Assembly: GCF_011745625.1 (NCBI RefSeq)
Contig: NW_027191452.1
Coordinates: 248,001-312,000, forward strand
From: Cladosporium halotolerans
Taxonomy: Eukaryota
Direction of reading: 5' to 3'
Length of the DNA: 64,000 bases
Numbering within the stretch: the stretch's first letter is position 1; each line of letters opens with the position of its first letter. Position numbers and translations under genes: made by a program. Below the pieces are notes generated by a model that saw nothing but the letters and a program-made list of their open reading frames with translations, made no database searches and was not told the DNA's origin. Below are positions 25,022 to 37,660 of this stretch, in pieces.

Positions 25022-25529
25022 TCGCACTCTTGTTCAGATGCTCTTCATTCTGGAGCGCTTGATCTTGATGCTGGGGAACGGCGAGAGGAAATTGTATTAC
25101 TGATATATCGCTGTTTGTGCGTATATAGTCGACTTCCGAGGGAGACATAACGGGTGTCGGATATACCTCTAATCTCGCCAGGCTGCCCAGGTTGCTGAAA
25201 TATATCGAATCCAACAATTTTCGAAACCATCTCTCTTCGCATAGCATGAATCGCTACTCTGCATGCAGGCATTGACGCCTGAGCATTCATTCCAAACAGA
25301 AATTGAAACGCACGCGAAGTTGTCATGACCACAAAGAAGATTTGGGAGGCTAAATGTACATACATCTACCCACGCCTAGCTAAAGCGCAGACAGAACCTT
25401 TTCAGAGCGGAAAGGGTTGCTCTGCTCCTCTATGACAAATTACACAGGAAACCTCTACCCTCTCCCTCTTCTTTCGCGTGATATCAACAACTCCTCTCTC
25501 AAACCGCTTTCTACGTCTCTACAACTCCT

Positions 25530-27045
25530 CTACGACAGCATCCTGGTCATGTCGCCGCGGATTCTGCTGTAGTCGAGCAGACCCTCGATCTGGCCAACGG
25601 CGGAGATGGCGATGTCGCGGTCCCACAGCTTGCGCTTGGCGAAGTCCATAACGTCGTTGGCCGAGATCTGGCCGACAACGCGCTCGACCTCTTCGGGGGT
25701 CATGCGGCGGCCGGTGGTGATGATCTGGCGGCCAATGTCCTCAGCAACGGCGGTGGTGCCGTCGAGGGAAAGAAGGATGGAGGCCTTGAGCTGGGCCTTG
25801 GCGCGCTCGACCTCGGCCTGGCTGACGTTGAAGCTAAGACGCGACCACTCACGGAGGGTGAAGTGGACAAGGTCATCCAGACGGGTGACGGCGTCGGAAA
25901 CCAGGTAGATACCCCAGAGACCAGTGTCGGAGTAGGAAGTGCTGAAGCTCATGAAAGAGTTGGCGAGCTTGTTCTCGTGGATGAAAGTGCTCAGCTTGCT
26001 GCCGAGGTAGGGGGAGTTGCCCATGGCACGGTCCCAGTTGCCGACGATGGCCTGGGTGACGAGGGCAGTGAAGTAGTCGTCGTCCTTCCAGGAAACACCC
26101 TCAACAGCGATGGCGATGTTGGCGGTGGGCATGGTGTCGTCACGGATCCTGACCTCAGAGCCAACAAAGTCGGGCTTGCTCTCAAGACCGCGAGCGGCGG
26201 CGTTGGCCTGGCTGTTGGCGCTGGCGTGAGGGAGCTGAGCGAAGTGCTTCTCGGCCAGGTCAACGAGCTGCTCGTGGGGGACGCCACCAGCACCAACGAG
26301 GACCATGCGGTCAGCGGTGTAGTTGGTCTTGATGTAGTTCTCGAGGTCGTTGCGCTGGATGCTGCGGATGTTCTCCTGGGGACCGAGGATGGTGCGGCCC
26401 AGAGGCTGGCCCTGGTAAGCGGTAGCGTGCAGGTGGTCGAAGACGACCTCCTCCAGCTGCTTGTCAACCTCCTCTTGCTCGCGAAGGATCACATCGCGCT
26501 CGCGCTCAATTGCTGAGGGCTCGAGCTTGCTGTTCTGGAGGATGTCGGAAAGGATGTCGACAGTGGCGGGCACGTCGGAGTTGAAGGCCTTGGCGTAGTA
26601 GACGGTGTTCTCGCGGCTGGTGTAGGCGTTGAGGTGGCCACCCATGTTCTCGATCTCCAGCTCAAGCTGGGACTGGCTGCGCTTCTGGGTGCCCTTGAAG
26701 GCAAGGTGCTCCAGGAAGTGCGCAGTGCCGTTGGTCTTGTCGGTCTCGGCGCGCGAGCCGGCGTCGATCCAGACACCCACGGTGCTCGTCTGGGCGTAGG
26801 GGGAGTGCTCGGTCGCGATCTGTTATGTCTGCAGTCAGCACGCCATCCGGATTCAAGAGCGGCGGGGCCCAATGGCTACATACCGTGAAGCCGTTGCTGA
26901 GGGTGGTGCTCTGGGTGGTAGTGCTGTGGACAGGAGTCGCCAGGCTGCGGGTCAGGCCCATCTTGGGCTTGACGGAGCGGATGGCCTTCTGGGCGCGAAG
27001 GCCCTGGTTAAGGCTCATCGCGAGCCTGCGAGATGCCATGGCCAT
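25530..27045 (-). CDS. MAS1: Mitochondrial processing peptidase beta subunit / bc1 core protein I; intron 26820-26883
   Basis: Arg-rich presequence, M16 zinc motif HFLEH, LNAYTSRE, and highly biased codon use. Confidence 0.95.
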
Positions 27046-27175
27046 GATGTGCGAGAGAAAGGGCGGGATGGGTCGGATGGGAGGTGTATCTGGCGGTGCT
27101 GCTCATCCAACGTGAAATCGAGCAACTCCAGCTTCGTCGTATGGAGCGGGCCGGAGCGAGCGATGACTTTGCGCC

Positions 27176-27185
27176 AGCCAATCAC
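27176..27185 (+). promoter_or_regulatory. CCAAT box in the 283-bp divergent MAS1/SDH4 promoter
   Basis: AGCCAATCAC matches the Hap/CBC (NF-Y) consensus and lies midway between two respiratory genes. Confidence 0.55.
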
Positions 27186-27328
27186 GCGCGATGCTTATTC
27201 GACGTTGCTCAGCCGAGGGCGAAACTCCGCATATCCCCGGGCCCGGCGAGAGACACAGCGACAGCGACAGAGCGCATTCATACACCCACGACTCTCCCCT
27301 CTCCACCCATAACACGCACATTCCCACA

Positions 27329-28008
27329 ATGGCTGCCTCCCTCCGCCCGACCCTGATGCGCCAGGCGCTGGCCGCACCCGCGCAGCGCACCCTCACTTCC
27401 GCCGTCCTGCCTGCCTTCCGTGTGCAGAGGAGCCAACCCATCCTCAAGGCTATCCCGAGAGCGACCTTCCAGACCAGCGCCGCGCGCCAGATTCTCCCGC
27501 CTCTTCCTCAGGTTATCAAGGGCGGTGTCAATGACCCCGTGCCGACCCCTGCGCCCCACCCCGCCCACGGCAGCTACCACTGGAGCTTCGAAAGGTGCGA
27601 CAGCGAAACAGTCAAGAGGAGGACCCGATGATGAGGATAGTGTTGGCTAACTCTGTGCAGGGCCGTTTCTATTGCGCTTGTGCCTCTGACTGCTATTCCT
27701 TTCGCTGCTGGTGCTGCCGTCCCTATGGTCGACGCTGGCTTGATCTCCCTGCTTGTCCTGCACTCCTACATGGGTTTCCAGTAAGCTAACCGATCAATAT
27801 CACTGCTTGCGGAGTGAAGCCTGAAGCTGACAGCATTCTCAGGTCATGCATTACTGATTACTTCCCCACATGGCGCGTATCTGTTGTCCGCAAGGTTGCC
27901 GACTGGCTCAACTTCCTTGCCATCTTCGTCGTTGGGTGGGGTTGGTACGAGTTTGAGACGAACGACGTCGGCCTGACCGAGGCTATCAAGAGGGTGTGGA
28001 AGGCATAG
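27329..28008 (+). CDS. SDH4: Succinate dehydrogenase cytochrome b small subunit (CybS); introns 27595-27660, 27781-27842
   Basis: Presequence, then HGSYHWSFER, LHSYMGFQSCITDY and YEFETNDVGLTEAIKRVWKA. Confidence 0.93.
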
Positions 28009-28600
28009 AAAACATGTATTGGGATAAGAACTGTACAAATTTCATTGGGTTCAGGGTTGTTTGTTTCATACGGAGGGAGACTGGCGAAGAGGAACAGGAA
28101 CTTCTTCCATGCTTGTGCTGCGAGGTGGTTCAATGAGCGAGCAACAACGAGTGGGCATATATGAGATGCGGGAGCAATTCGCACAACATTTCCAAGCAAC
28201 ATCCTTATGTTTCCGCGATGAACCGCACGTGAACAGGTACATTGACATGCCCTATACGCGCACACAGGAAGGCTTCGCATCCCTAGGTGCAAACCATTTT
28301 TCAGCCTACACTGTGGAGCATTTACATGATTCTGCAGCTCTCAATGCCTACTTTTACGTCCCAATTGACCCATGCTGACAGTGCCACCATTAGGCATGGG
28401 TGGTGGCGCAGCTGAAACGCACGGTACTGCAATCCTTCAAGCAGACTCCAGGCATCCGCATTCTATATTACAAAAGGTTGTATTTGTATGACGGCCCATC
28501 ATCGCATTGCTATTTTGCTACCTTTGAAGCAACACCAGCAGTGGTTATTTCTCCCCACGATCCAAATACAACGGCCTGTGATCGACCGTTGCTGGTGATA

Positions 28601-30381
28601 ATGTCCGGTCAACTGCTGAAAGAGCCCATCAATAATGGGGTCAGCGGTCTAATAACTACGTCAGCCACTCCGAAACGCGTCAGGCGTGTCAAGACGGGAT
28701 GTATAACGTGCAGGTAGGCTTTCCATCTGGTATCAACATTCTGGCCGAACTTTCTGAAATCCTTTGCAGAATTAGGCGAGTCAAATGCGACGAGAATAGG
28801 CCGGAATGTTCTCGTTGTACCTCTACAGGACGTACATGCGACGGCTACAGTAGCCTCCCATTCTCGCGGAGAGAGTTGCACGCAGCGAGCACGGCGTCGA
28901 GTAACTCCTTGTACGAAGATTCATCCTCGTTGGCGGTGACGGCCCCACTCGCGCGCATTGTGAACGACCCATCATTCAGCAATGTCGTCGAAAAGCGCTA
29001 TTTCCAATATTTCCGGCGGAAAACAGTGGCAAGCACCAATAGCCTGATGGACAGTCGGTTCTGGGACCGAATAGTCTTGCAAATCTGCCATGTCGAGCCC
29101 GCAGTCAAGCATGCCGTTCTGGCATTGAGCTCATTACACCAAATATCGGAAGCTAGGAACGACAAAGATCTAGCGTTGAGACATCAACGTTACGCGGATC
29201 ATCAATACCAACGAGCCTTGAGCGCGGCACAAGGCCTCCTGTCCTCGTCCTCCGCCGCTGATATAGACCGAGTGCTCATAGCTTGTCTGGTTTTCACTTG
29301 CTATGACAACGTCAGAGGGAATTACCTGTCGAGCCAGATGCATACGGGCAGCGGGAGGGCCATTCTTGCTGAGCATCGCGACCGCCTCAGCCGACTGTCC
29401 CGAAGAAACGATCTTAACGAAATCCAAGCACTCTTCGCTCGATTAGACATCGCTGCCATGGCATTCTCGGTCTCCAATGCCAGGTACCCGTACGACTTAG
29501 AGAGCTTCTACGCCACGAACCCCAATCTCATACCTGACGCATTTGACTCCGTCGAAGGAGCGCGAGCACCTCTGATGGATCATGTTCGCTGGTTCTGGGT
29601 CCATGAACAGGGAGTCTTCGAAGCAGCGTTTCGAACTGGTTTTCCCTACGGATCTCTAGAGACAGAACGCCAAAGGGTTTGCGACCACCTCCTCCGCTGG
29701 GCCACTCGGTTCGAAAAGGTGGTGGAAAAAGACGCAAATGCATCCCCGATCCTGATCCGCACCCTAAGGGTCTGGCATCAAATCGTTTCCATCCAAGGCG
29801 CAGCTCACTGGTACGGCCCTGAAACACGGTTCGACGTTTTCATACCCGAGTACGAGCGTATCGTGACATGGTCCGAAGAGATCATCGAAATGCTTTCACA
29901 AACACAGGATCGAGGGAACTTTAGCTTCGATCTTGGAACAACCATATGCTTGTTTGAGGCCGTTCAGCGCTGCCGTGACCCCCACATACGCCGACGAGCG
30001 TTGGAGGCTCTAAGAAGGGGCCCGCAACAGGAAGGCACCTGGGGATGTCTGGGTGCTGCGGCCACTGCGGAGCAATGGATGCTCTACGAGGAGGCTGGCC
30101 TTGGGACTGTAGAGAAAGCCTCGGACGTGCCAGACTGGCGGCGTATAGTTAACTTGGATGCTTCCGTCAATGCAGAGCTTGGGATGGCCGAAGTGCTCTT
30201 CCATGTGACGCCTAGTCAAGGGCATGAAGATGAGCTGACAATGGGTTTCCTCGGCGCGACTACTCTTGAAGGCGAGGAGGCATCAATGGATGCTGCCATC
30301 AAACCTTTCTCGATGGGGATTGGACACACCATAAGCTTTAGGGCGAGCTTTGACGACCGACTTGGCAGTACATTCGTGTAA
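28601..30381 (+). CDS. Zn(II)2Cys6 transcription factor with a fungal TF domain; intron 28714-28769
   Basis: Splicing gives KTGCITCRIRRVKCDENRPECSRCTSTGRTCDGY. The downstream FWDRIVLQICHVEPAVKHAVLALSSLH is typical of this class. Confidence 0.9.
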
Positions 30382-30967
30382 CGCATCCTGCTTGGAGCGA
30401 CTAAGGACGTTATGACAAAGCGTTCCTTTGTACTTACTCACATCGCCTCATTTTGCTGGTTCAGAAGGGGGTAGATCACCTTGCGTAAATTGACTTGATC
30501 AAATCCCGGGCTGTAAAAAGTAAAGCGATATCATCGAAACAGTCCGTGCCGTTCATGGCACGTACAGTGGAAAAAGAATCAAGATGCTTAAGCTGTCACA
30601 AAGATAGCAGCCTGGAGATGTAGTCGCACCTCGTCTATTACAAACAGCCATTCTGAAGCTTACAAGCCGTCAAGAAGCAAGGCTGCGACAAGTTGTTTCC
30701 GCTGCTTGCAAGAACAACCCGATGAGTAATGATGTTCATTGGGAGAGGCATCTTTCTTCGGCATCTGGTGAATCAACATAGTACAGTAGGAGCCGGAAGT
30801 CTAGTGCCGAAAGCGTGATATGCCTCGAAGCCCGTTGTATGACCCGAGCAATCGACATGGCGGTGAAAAGCCGACTGGAGATAAGTGAAGTCTAGACCAG
30901 AGCTGAACCACGTCCCGGCCACGAGCAACGCGATGTGGTCCACGAGAAGACGAAACGGCTGCCAAGG

Positions 30968-30975
30968 CGGATAAA
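30968..30975 (+). promoter_or_regulatory. CGGNTAAW (XlnR/AraR-type) site upstream of xylitol dehydrogenase
   Basis: CGGATAAA about 230 bp before the ATG. Confidence 0.4.
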
Positions 30976-31202
30976 TTGAAGGGTCCACTGCTGTAGGGCA
31001 GCGTCACCGTGGAGCCGACCGCGGCTTTTGCTCTGCGCGTCTCCAGAAATGTTGCTTCCTAGCCTGAACACGTTTAGGCGGATCACACCGAAGTCATCGT
31101 AGAGGAGTTGTAAGTCTCACAAATTTGTTACATCTCTCTTCCGTCGTCCCATACACCTCCCCACCACCCTTAATCCCTCACAACGATCACATCATTGCCA
31201 CA

Positions 31203-32402
31203 ATGGGCGCCGAAGTAAGTATTCTACGTGCCCCGCCAAACCCCGCCATGCTTCAATGCGCCTGGCATAACAATGCAGACCTGCTCTCACCACCAGAGTC
31301 GTTGGCCCTTTCAACATAGCATGAGAGCAATCGCTAACAGCTGCACTTCCTTCAGAACCTTTCTTTCGTGCTCGAGAAGCCTTACGCCGTCAAGTTCGAA
31401 GACCGTCCCGTCCCTAACGTCACCGAACCTCACGATGTCATCGTCAACGTCAAATACACCGGCATCTGCGGCAGCGATGTCCACTACTGGACACACGGTG
31501 CGATTGGCAGCTTCATCGTCAAGGACCCCATGGTGCTGGGCCACGAGTCCGCCGGCGTCGTGAGCAAGGTCGGCGATGCCGTGACAACACTGAAGGTCGG
31601 CGACCGCGTCGCCATGGAGCCCGGTATCCCCTGCCGCCGCTGCGTGCGCTGCAAGGAGGGCAACTACAACTTGTGCGTCGACATGCGCTTTGCTGCGACG
31701 CCGCCCTATGACGGCACCCTGGCCAAGTACTACAAGCTCCCGGAGGACTTCTGCTTCAAGCTGCCCGAGTCCGTCTCGCTGGAGGAGGGCGCGCTCGTCG
31801 AGCCGCTGGCCGTCGGCGTCCACATTACCCGCCAGGGCGACGTGAAGCCCGGCAACAGCGTGGTCGTCTTCGGCGCGGGCCCGGTCGGCCTGCTCTGCAT
31901 GGCGGTCGCGAAGGCCTACGGCGCGAGCAAGATCGTCGCTGTTGACATCAACGAGGATCGTCTGCAGTTCGCTCGCAAGTACGCCGCGACCCACGAGTTC
32001 CGCTCCGCGCGCGTGTCTGCCGAGGAGAACGCTGCGAACCTGATCAAGGAGTGCGACCTCGGTGTCGGCGCAGACGTGATCATCGACGCTTCTGGTGCCG
32101 AGCCTTGCATCCAGACTGCCATCCACGCGCTGCGCGTCGGCGGCACCTACGTGCAGGGCGGCATGGGCAAGAATGAGATCACCTGGCCGATTGCGGCTAT
32201 GTGCTCGAAGGAGTTGACAGTCAAGGGCAGCTTCAGATACTCACAGGGCGACTACGAGCTGGCGGTCAAGTTCCTCGAGACTGGCCAGGTCAAGGTCAAG
32301 GAGCTGATCACTGGCACTGTCAAGTTCGAGGAGGCCGAGAAGGCATTTGAGGGCGTGAAGAACGCCCAGGGTATCAAGACTCTTATCCAGGGCCCCGAGT
32401 AA
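31203..32402 (+). CDS. xdhA: Xylitol/sorbitol dehydrogenase (D-xylulose reductase); intron 31215-31355
   Basis: Spliced start MGAE-NLSFVLEKP; motifs GICGSDVHYW, GHES, CxxCxxC structural zinc and GAGPVG. Confidence 0.88.
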
Positions 32403-32547
32403 ACGAGGCTCGAACGCGGATGCATAATGATTTTCATGAGCGGGAGATGAATGACGGTGTATTTAAGCAGCGGGTTGTTGTAGAAATGTCGCGTTGAGCG
32501 AAAATGGAATGATGCATATTACATAGTCCTGGTATAAGGGTACAGTC

Positions 32548-34845
32548 TTACTCGCTGTCGTCCTCAATCTCACCATCCACCATCTCCTCGTCTTCATCGT
32601 CATCTTCGTCTTCAACCTCGTCTTCTTCTTCGTCCTCGCTCGCGCTCTCATCGTCGCCATTCGTCATAGACTGGACCTTGTCTTTCTTGTCCTTCTCCTT
32701 CCTCGCCTCTTCGTCTTTGCGAGACTCCTCAAGCATCTTGGCCTTCTCCTCCCTCACCTTCCTCTGTCCGACGAGGAAGGCTCCCAGCGGCGTCTTCTCC
32801 CATTCTAGGTCATCCAAAAAGCTCGCCACACCCTTACGGTTATTGGGCGCGAACTCAACCTTCGACCGTCGCTCCTCGATGAACTTAACGTTCGCGTCGA
32901 TCTTCTGCACGAGGAGAGAGATCAAGCCGTTGACCTTCTGGTTCTTGTTACCAGCGCCAGGCGTGCGGTTGTTGACGTCCTTCAACCACCGCTTGAGCAT
33001 AACAACGACGGGAAGAGCGAGCTCAGGGAAAGCGATGTTCTTCGACCACAGGCCGAAGAACTCGCTGAGGAGTTCCTGCACTTGTTCGCCAACGCCATCC
33101 TGGTATGTACGGGTCTTCAGATAGCTCTTTGGAACACGGATGATGGTCTCGAAATCCAAGGGCTTGAGTGTGCTGGACTTGGGCGCTTTACGCATCTCGG
33201 CGGAATTGAGCACTTCGTATAAAGGCGCGGCAAGGGGGATATATGTGCTGGTGGCCATGCTGAGGCGGAGGAGGGAGCGGGTGAGCTGGAAGCGGAGGGG
33301 AAAGTAGGTTGCGGTCGGGATCAGACGAAGCGCTCCCATAGTGACCTGGACTAGAGGATAGATCAAAGGTCTAAGCGGCGAGTCTGATTCCTTACAGTGG
33401 GCGGAGAGCACGCGGGTCCAGAAGTCCAGGCTGTGCACGTACTGCCAGTTGTAGACAGTCTTGTAACTCTCGTTGCTGTTGTTGGTAATACTGGTGCGAA
33501 GGTGGATCGCCAATTGACGGATGAAAGTGAAGGCGGTCGTGTAGCCTACAGAGGTATCGATACCCCAGAGTTCGGCGCCAGAATTCTTCATCAGGTTCAC
33601 ACCGGCAATCGAGTGGACAGTGGTGTTGCGGCTGCCCTTAACAAGACCCTGGTAAGCGGCCTTGAGTGCATTCTCGCGAATACCGGCATCGCCAATTACG
33701 GTCAGACGGCGCAGGACAAGGAACGCAGCAATCCTTGTGGCTTCGGTGGTCGCGGTTGTTGACCAAACGGCAGTGACCGCGCGGCAGATGTCGCGAATCA
33801 ACTTTTTGAACGAAAGGAGATACGGCAGTAAGGGAATAGTTGATGTGAGGGTAAGTCGAAGAGTTACAGGGTCCGAGAGGTTGTCCAAAAGGTGGATGAT
33901 GCTGGAGACTTGCGACCTAAGTAGAGGCGCAAGTGTCTTGAACTTTTTGCCATCGGTAGCGACGTGAACCTTGCCAGCCTTGTTCTCTTGGACAGGCAGG
34001 TGGTGCTGCAACACTTCCGGAACCACCTTAAGCGCAGTCGTAAGGAGCTGGTGGTAGACTTCAGGGCTCGAGATTGAATACTTGAAGTCCTTGTCCTCGA
34101 TATCGGAAGCATGAGCCGCAGATCGGAACGCCAACACGGTCTCTTTGGCTGCGCGAAGAGAATGCTGCTCCTGCATCGCGTTTGTCCATTTCTGTACTGT
34201 TGCCAGTTGAAGCTCGTTCTTTGCTCCACCCGTCTCGTCGTCTGAGTCGTCTGCCTCCGCGCCTTTCCTCTGCTTCTTGCGCTTCGGCGCGTCCTCGTCA
34301 TCTTCCTCGTCACTGCTCAAAGTGCCCATATTCTCAAGGTCCGCATCCAGCAGCTCCGGCTCGTTTTCCTGCAGATACTTGTGAAACTCCGGGTCGTTCT
34401 TCGCAAGGGCCTCAAGCTGCTTCTTGTGTGCCTCGGGGTCATCCTCTTCGCTGTCTGATGCAGAGCCGTCGTCGTCCACCTGGACGGGTTCGTGTCCAAT
34501 AGAGTCGTCCGACGAATATTCGCTGTCGTCCTCCGCTTTCTCAGGCTGCTGCCTCTTGCGCTTCTTGTCACCCTTCTTTTTAAGCTGCTCTGGGATTTCG
34601 AAGCCGCCCTGGAAGAACTCGTCGACGCTCATGTTCTGGAATGCATTTGCATCATGTTTGGGTGCTGTCTTCGCATCCTGCTCTGGCTTTTCGCCGGGCT
34701 CTCTGCCCTGCTCCTCTGCGCGTCGGGCCTTCTTTCTCTCCTTCAGCTGCTGCTTCTGCTTGGTCTTCTTGAGGTTGTTACGGCGCTCAAGGGTGTCCTT
34801 GAGATGCCGCTGCTCAAACTTCTTGGTCGCCTTTCCTTTGGGCAT
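32548..34845 (-). CDS. NOC2: Nucleolar complex protein 2
   Basis: Starts MPKGKATKKFEQRHLKD. Motifs DPEFHKYLQENEPELL, YTTAFTFIRQLAIHLR, YKTVYNWQYVHSLDFW and FPELALP; acidic tail. Confidence 0.93.
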   Translation of the reverse strand: MPKGKATKKFEQRHLKDTLERRNNLKKTKQKQQLKERKKARRAEEQGREPGEKPEQDAKTAPKHDANAFQNMSVDEFFQGGFEIPEQLKKKGDKKRKRQQPEKAEDDSEYSSDDSIGHEPVQVDDDGSASDSEEDDPEAHKKQLEALAKNDPEFHKYLQENEPELLDADLENMGTLSSDEEDDEDAPKRKKQRKGAEADDSDDETGGAKNELQLATVQKWTNAMQEQHSLRAAKETVLAFRSAAHASDIEDKDFKYSISSPEVYHQLLTTALKVVPEVLQHHLPVQENKAGKVHVATDGKKFKTLAPLLRSQVSSIIHLLDNLSDPVTLRLTLTSTIPLLPYLLSFKKLIRDICRAVTAVWSTTATTEATRIAAFLVLRRLTVIGDAGIRENALKAAYQGLVKGSRNTTVHSIAGVNLMKNSGAELWGIDTSVGYTTAFTFIRQLAIHLRTSITNNSNESYKTVYNWQYVHSLDFWTRVLSAHCKESDSPLRPLIYPLVQVTMGALRLIPTATYFPLRFQLTRSLLRLSMATSTYIPLAAPLYEVLNSAEMRKAPKSSTLKPLDFETIIRVPKSYLKTRTYQDGVGEQVQELLSEFFGLWSKNIAFPELALPVVVMLKRWLKDVNNRTPGAGNKNQKVNGLISLLVQKIDANVKFIEERRSKVEFAPNNRKGVASFLDDLEWEKTPLGAFLVGQRKVREEKAKMLEESRKDEEARKEKDKKDKVQSMTNGDDESASEDEEEDEVEDEDDDEDEEMVDGEIEDDSE

Positions 34846-35062
34846 TTTGAAGTCGACTCGCAAATATTTGGCGAATGCAGGACTGTCTGTCGCAGAAAAG
34901 TTCAAAAGTTCAAGACGAAGCGAGGCAAAGCGGGAATTTTCCGCACGGCGAGGCTCAGATTGGCTTCCGTTGCTTCTGCGGGGAGAGCTGCACGCTGCAC
35001 GCGATGCGTGCCCTCGTGCTTCCTCGCATTCATTACCCACCATCGATGCCACGGTAGCAAAC

Positions 35063-35788
35063 ATGTATGGTTCCCAGCAGCTGGCCTATGCGCCAACACC
35101 GTACAGCTACACGCCGTCCAGCAATCTGGCTGCGACCATCAACCTGGACCAGGAGGTCAAGCTAGCTGACAACGCCACTGAGAGGGAGTTGTACGAGTCG
35201 CTGGCAGAGATATACAGCATCATCGTTACGCTGGATGCCCTGGAGAAGGCCTACCTTCGTGATTCAATCCAAGAATCAGAATATACTGAAACATGCGATC
35301 GACTCTTGCGCCAGTACAAGAGCAATCTTGCCGACGACAACGTGGCTGCTGCCTTCGGCGATCTGGAGCGCTTCAAACTGGAATGGGGACTTGAAGCGCC
35401 CAAAGCCACTGAGCGTCTACGAATTGGCCTTCCTGCAACCGTCGAGACCGCTCCTGCGCAGCAACAGCGCCCGACAAGCCAGCAACCCAATAACAACGCG
35501 GCCGCTACACACATCGTCTCGGCCTCTGAAAGCTTCATCACTCTACTCGATGCAATCAAACTCAACATGCTGTCGAAAGAGACACTGCACCCTATCTTGG
35601 TTGATACAATTCAGGCTGTTAACAAGGTCACCGATCGCGATTTTGAGAACAAAGCAAAGATCATACAATGGCTAATCACGTTAAATCAAATGCGTGTGGC
35701 GGAAGAGCTAAGCCCGGAGCAGGCTCGCGAGCTGCAATTCGACATGCAACTCGCGTATGATGGTTTCAAAAGCACCTTGCAATCATGA
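35063..35788 (+). CDS. VPS28: ESCRT-I subunit Vps28
   Basis: ERELYESLAEIYSIIVTLDALEKAY, FITLLDAIKL and WLITLNQM motifs. ATG at 35063. Confidence 0.93.
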   Translation: MYGSQQLAYAPTPYSYTPSSNLAATINLDQEVKLADNATERELYESLAEIYSIIVTLDALEKAYLRDSIQESEYTETCDRLLRQYKSNLADDNVAAAFGDLERFKLEWGLEAPKATERLRIGLPATVETAPAQQQRPTSQQPNNNAAATHIVSASESFITLLDAIKLNMLSKETLHPILVDTIQAVNKVTDRDFENKAKIIQWLITLNQMRVAEELSPEQARELQFDMQLAYDGFKSTLQS

Positions 35789-35995
35789 TCTTCAAGTCCT
35801 CACGCCAGCTTTGATAACCATTGGAAGCTGGTTTGAGAATGGCATCCAACCTCGGCGTTTGGTGACCGCGGAGATATCTCGGATTTCGGCTGTTGAAGTG
35901 GGATTTTTGTCGCTCGCCGAATGGAAATCTAAGACTACTATCTTCGCACGCTCCAATTCTCCAGTGCAACGCGGGGTCTGCTCAAGCGTGTAACC

Positions 35996-37179
35996 ATGGA
36001 GAAGTTCCGAACAAATCTGAAAGCCAGTGACCTTGGGTTGCAAGATGAGGAAGAGGGCCCTCTCGACGGTATTTATGGCCTGCTCAACGCGCGCGTTCTG
36101 GTGTGCTGACCGATAGATCTCCAGTGCTTGACCTGCCTCAACTGTACACAAGACCACCCGCTCCCGTACTACTATCCACCCTCGCCGATCTCAGCTCTCA
36201 ACCATCCTCATGGGAAAGTACACCTAGATCACGCAGCGGTATCTCAACGCCTCTGAAACGGAAACGTAAGATCAGGAATGAAGGCGTGCCGCAATACTTG
36301 ACAAAGATCATATCAAGTCCTCTTGCATGGATCGAGGATGATGGTGAGAAAGAGCTGGTATGGGAAGCAGCCTCGCAGCGTCTGAGCGAACGAAGTGGAA
36401 GGACAGCAATGGGCGCTATCACTCGGTCGTTCGCTATTCCCCTATTGCCGGAGACAGAAGTGCACCAAGCTGTCGGCGTCGTGAACGCTGAGCAAGAGCT
36501 AGCCCCGGACGCGGATGACATTGTCGAGCTTACGCTGTATGAGCCGGCGCTGACCGCAGACAACTTGGGCTTAAAGACATGGGCGTCATCCTACCTCCTG
36601 GCGAAGCAACTCTCCGCCCTTCAACAGTACATCCCAAATTTACCCCAAGATGCTGCGATCCTAGAACTGGGCGCGGGAACTGGTCTTGTGGGCATGGCTG
36701 CTGGCTTCGTCTTCCAGAGAAATGTCATTTTGACTGATTTGCCCGAGATTGTCCCTAACTTGGAGAAGAACGTCCGCTCAAACGCAAGCGTTGTATCTTC
36801 TCACGGAGGCACACTGTCGACAGCCAAGCTGGATTGGACCAAGCCGGATGATTTCGAAGCAGATGTTTATGCTGGATCGCCTAATTCTTTCCCTCTCATC
36901 CTCGCGGCGGACCCGATTTACTCCCCGGAGCACCCTAAGCTGCTAGTGAATGCCATTGAGTACCATTTGCGTACAGATGTGGCTGCTAGGGTGGTGATTG
37001 AGACGCCCTTACGCGATGCCTATGCCCCGGAGAGAAAAGATCTAAGAGATAGACTCAGTTCCATTGGCTTGCAGATTATCGAAGAGGGTGAGGAAATAGG
37101 ATACGATGACTGGTCTTCTGGTCAGGGCGAAGAGCTTGCTGAAGTAAGATGTTGGTGGAGTGTTTGGGGCCGTCTTTGA
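35996..37179 (+). CDS. Protein-lysine methyltransferase (Methyltransf_16; Rrg1/Efm2-like); intron 36069-36124
   Basis: Motifs LGLKTWASS, ILELGAGTGLVG, LTDL, LDW, ILAADPIY and RLSERSGRTA. A GT...GCTGAC...CAG intron links the ATG at 35996 in frame. Confidence 0.82.
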
Positions 37180-37660
37180 TATCTCAGATTTGATGAAACG
37201 GTCTTCCAAGCCTAATCATCATGGGGATCAACTTTATCAATTGACGCCTAGGAGCTTTCTGTTTGGACAAACACGTACAGGTGGCATGAAACGTCTCAGT
37301 TTGGAGACCGCTGCCATCACTACGTATGACCATCGGAGTTCAAGAACCTAGACGATCGAAATACCGGCCACTCAACGACGCACCTGCTTAAATTGCTGCT
37401 TCGAAGTGAATTAGAAGACGTGCTTGGCATGTGATCTGAACGATCCGTGATCGTCGCCCTACCGCTGCCCCGGCATCATTGCTACTAAGAGGCATATTCA
37501 CATGCTTTCGAACGGTAGGTACTGGTAGCGATCTGGCCAATGACAGCATGCAATAATTCAAATATTACTGCTACCTTCGGTCACCGAGGCGGACGTCCCT
37601 TTGCAAGTCTACAGCCACAAATTAGTACACTTGTAAGCTCGCACCCTCAGCAACAACAGC

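Noticed and set aside
28601..32402. Zn2Cys6 TF plus dehydrogenase as a secondary-metabolite cluster
   Set aside because: No backbone enzyme (PKS, NRPS, terpene synthase) or transporter is present, and the neighbours are housekeeping genes.
34424..35062. N-terminal extensions of VPS28 and NOC2 in the ORF track
   Set aside because: Each overlaps the divergent partner gene or the shared promoter. The conserved proteins start at 35063 and 34845.
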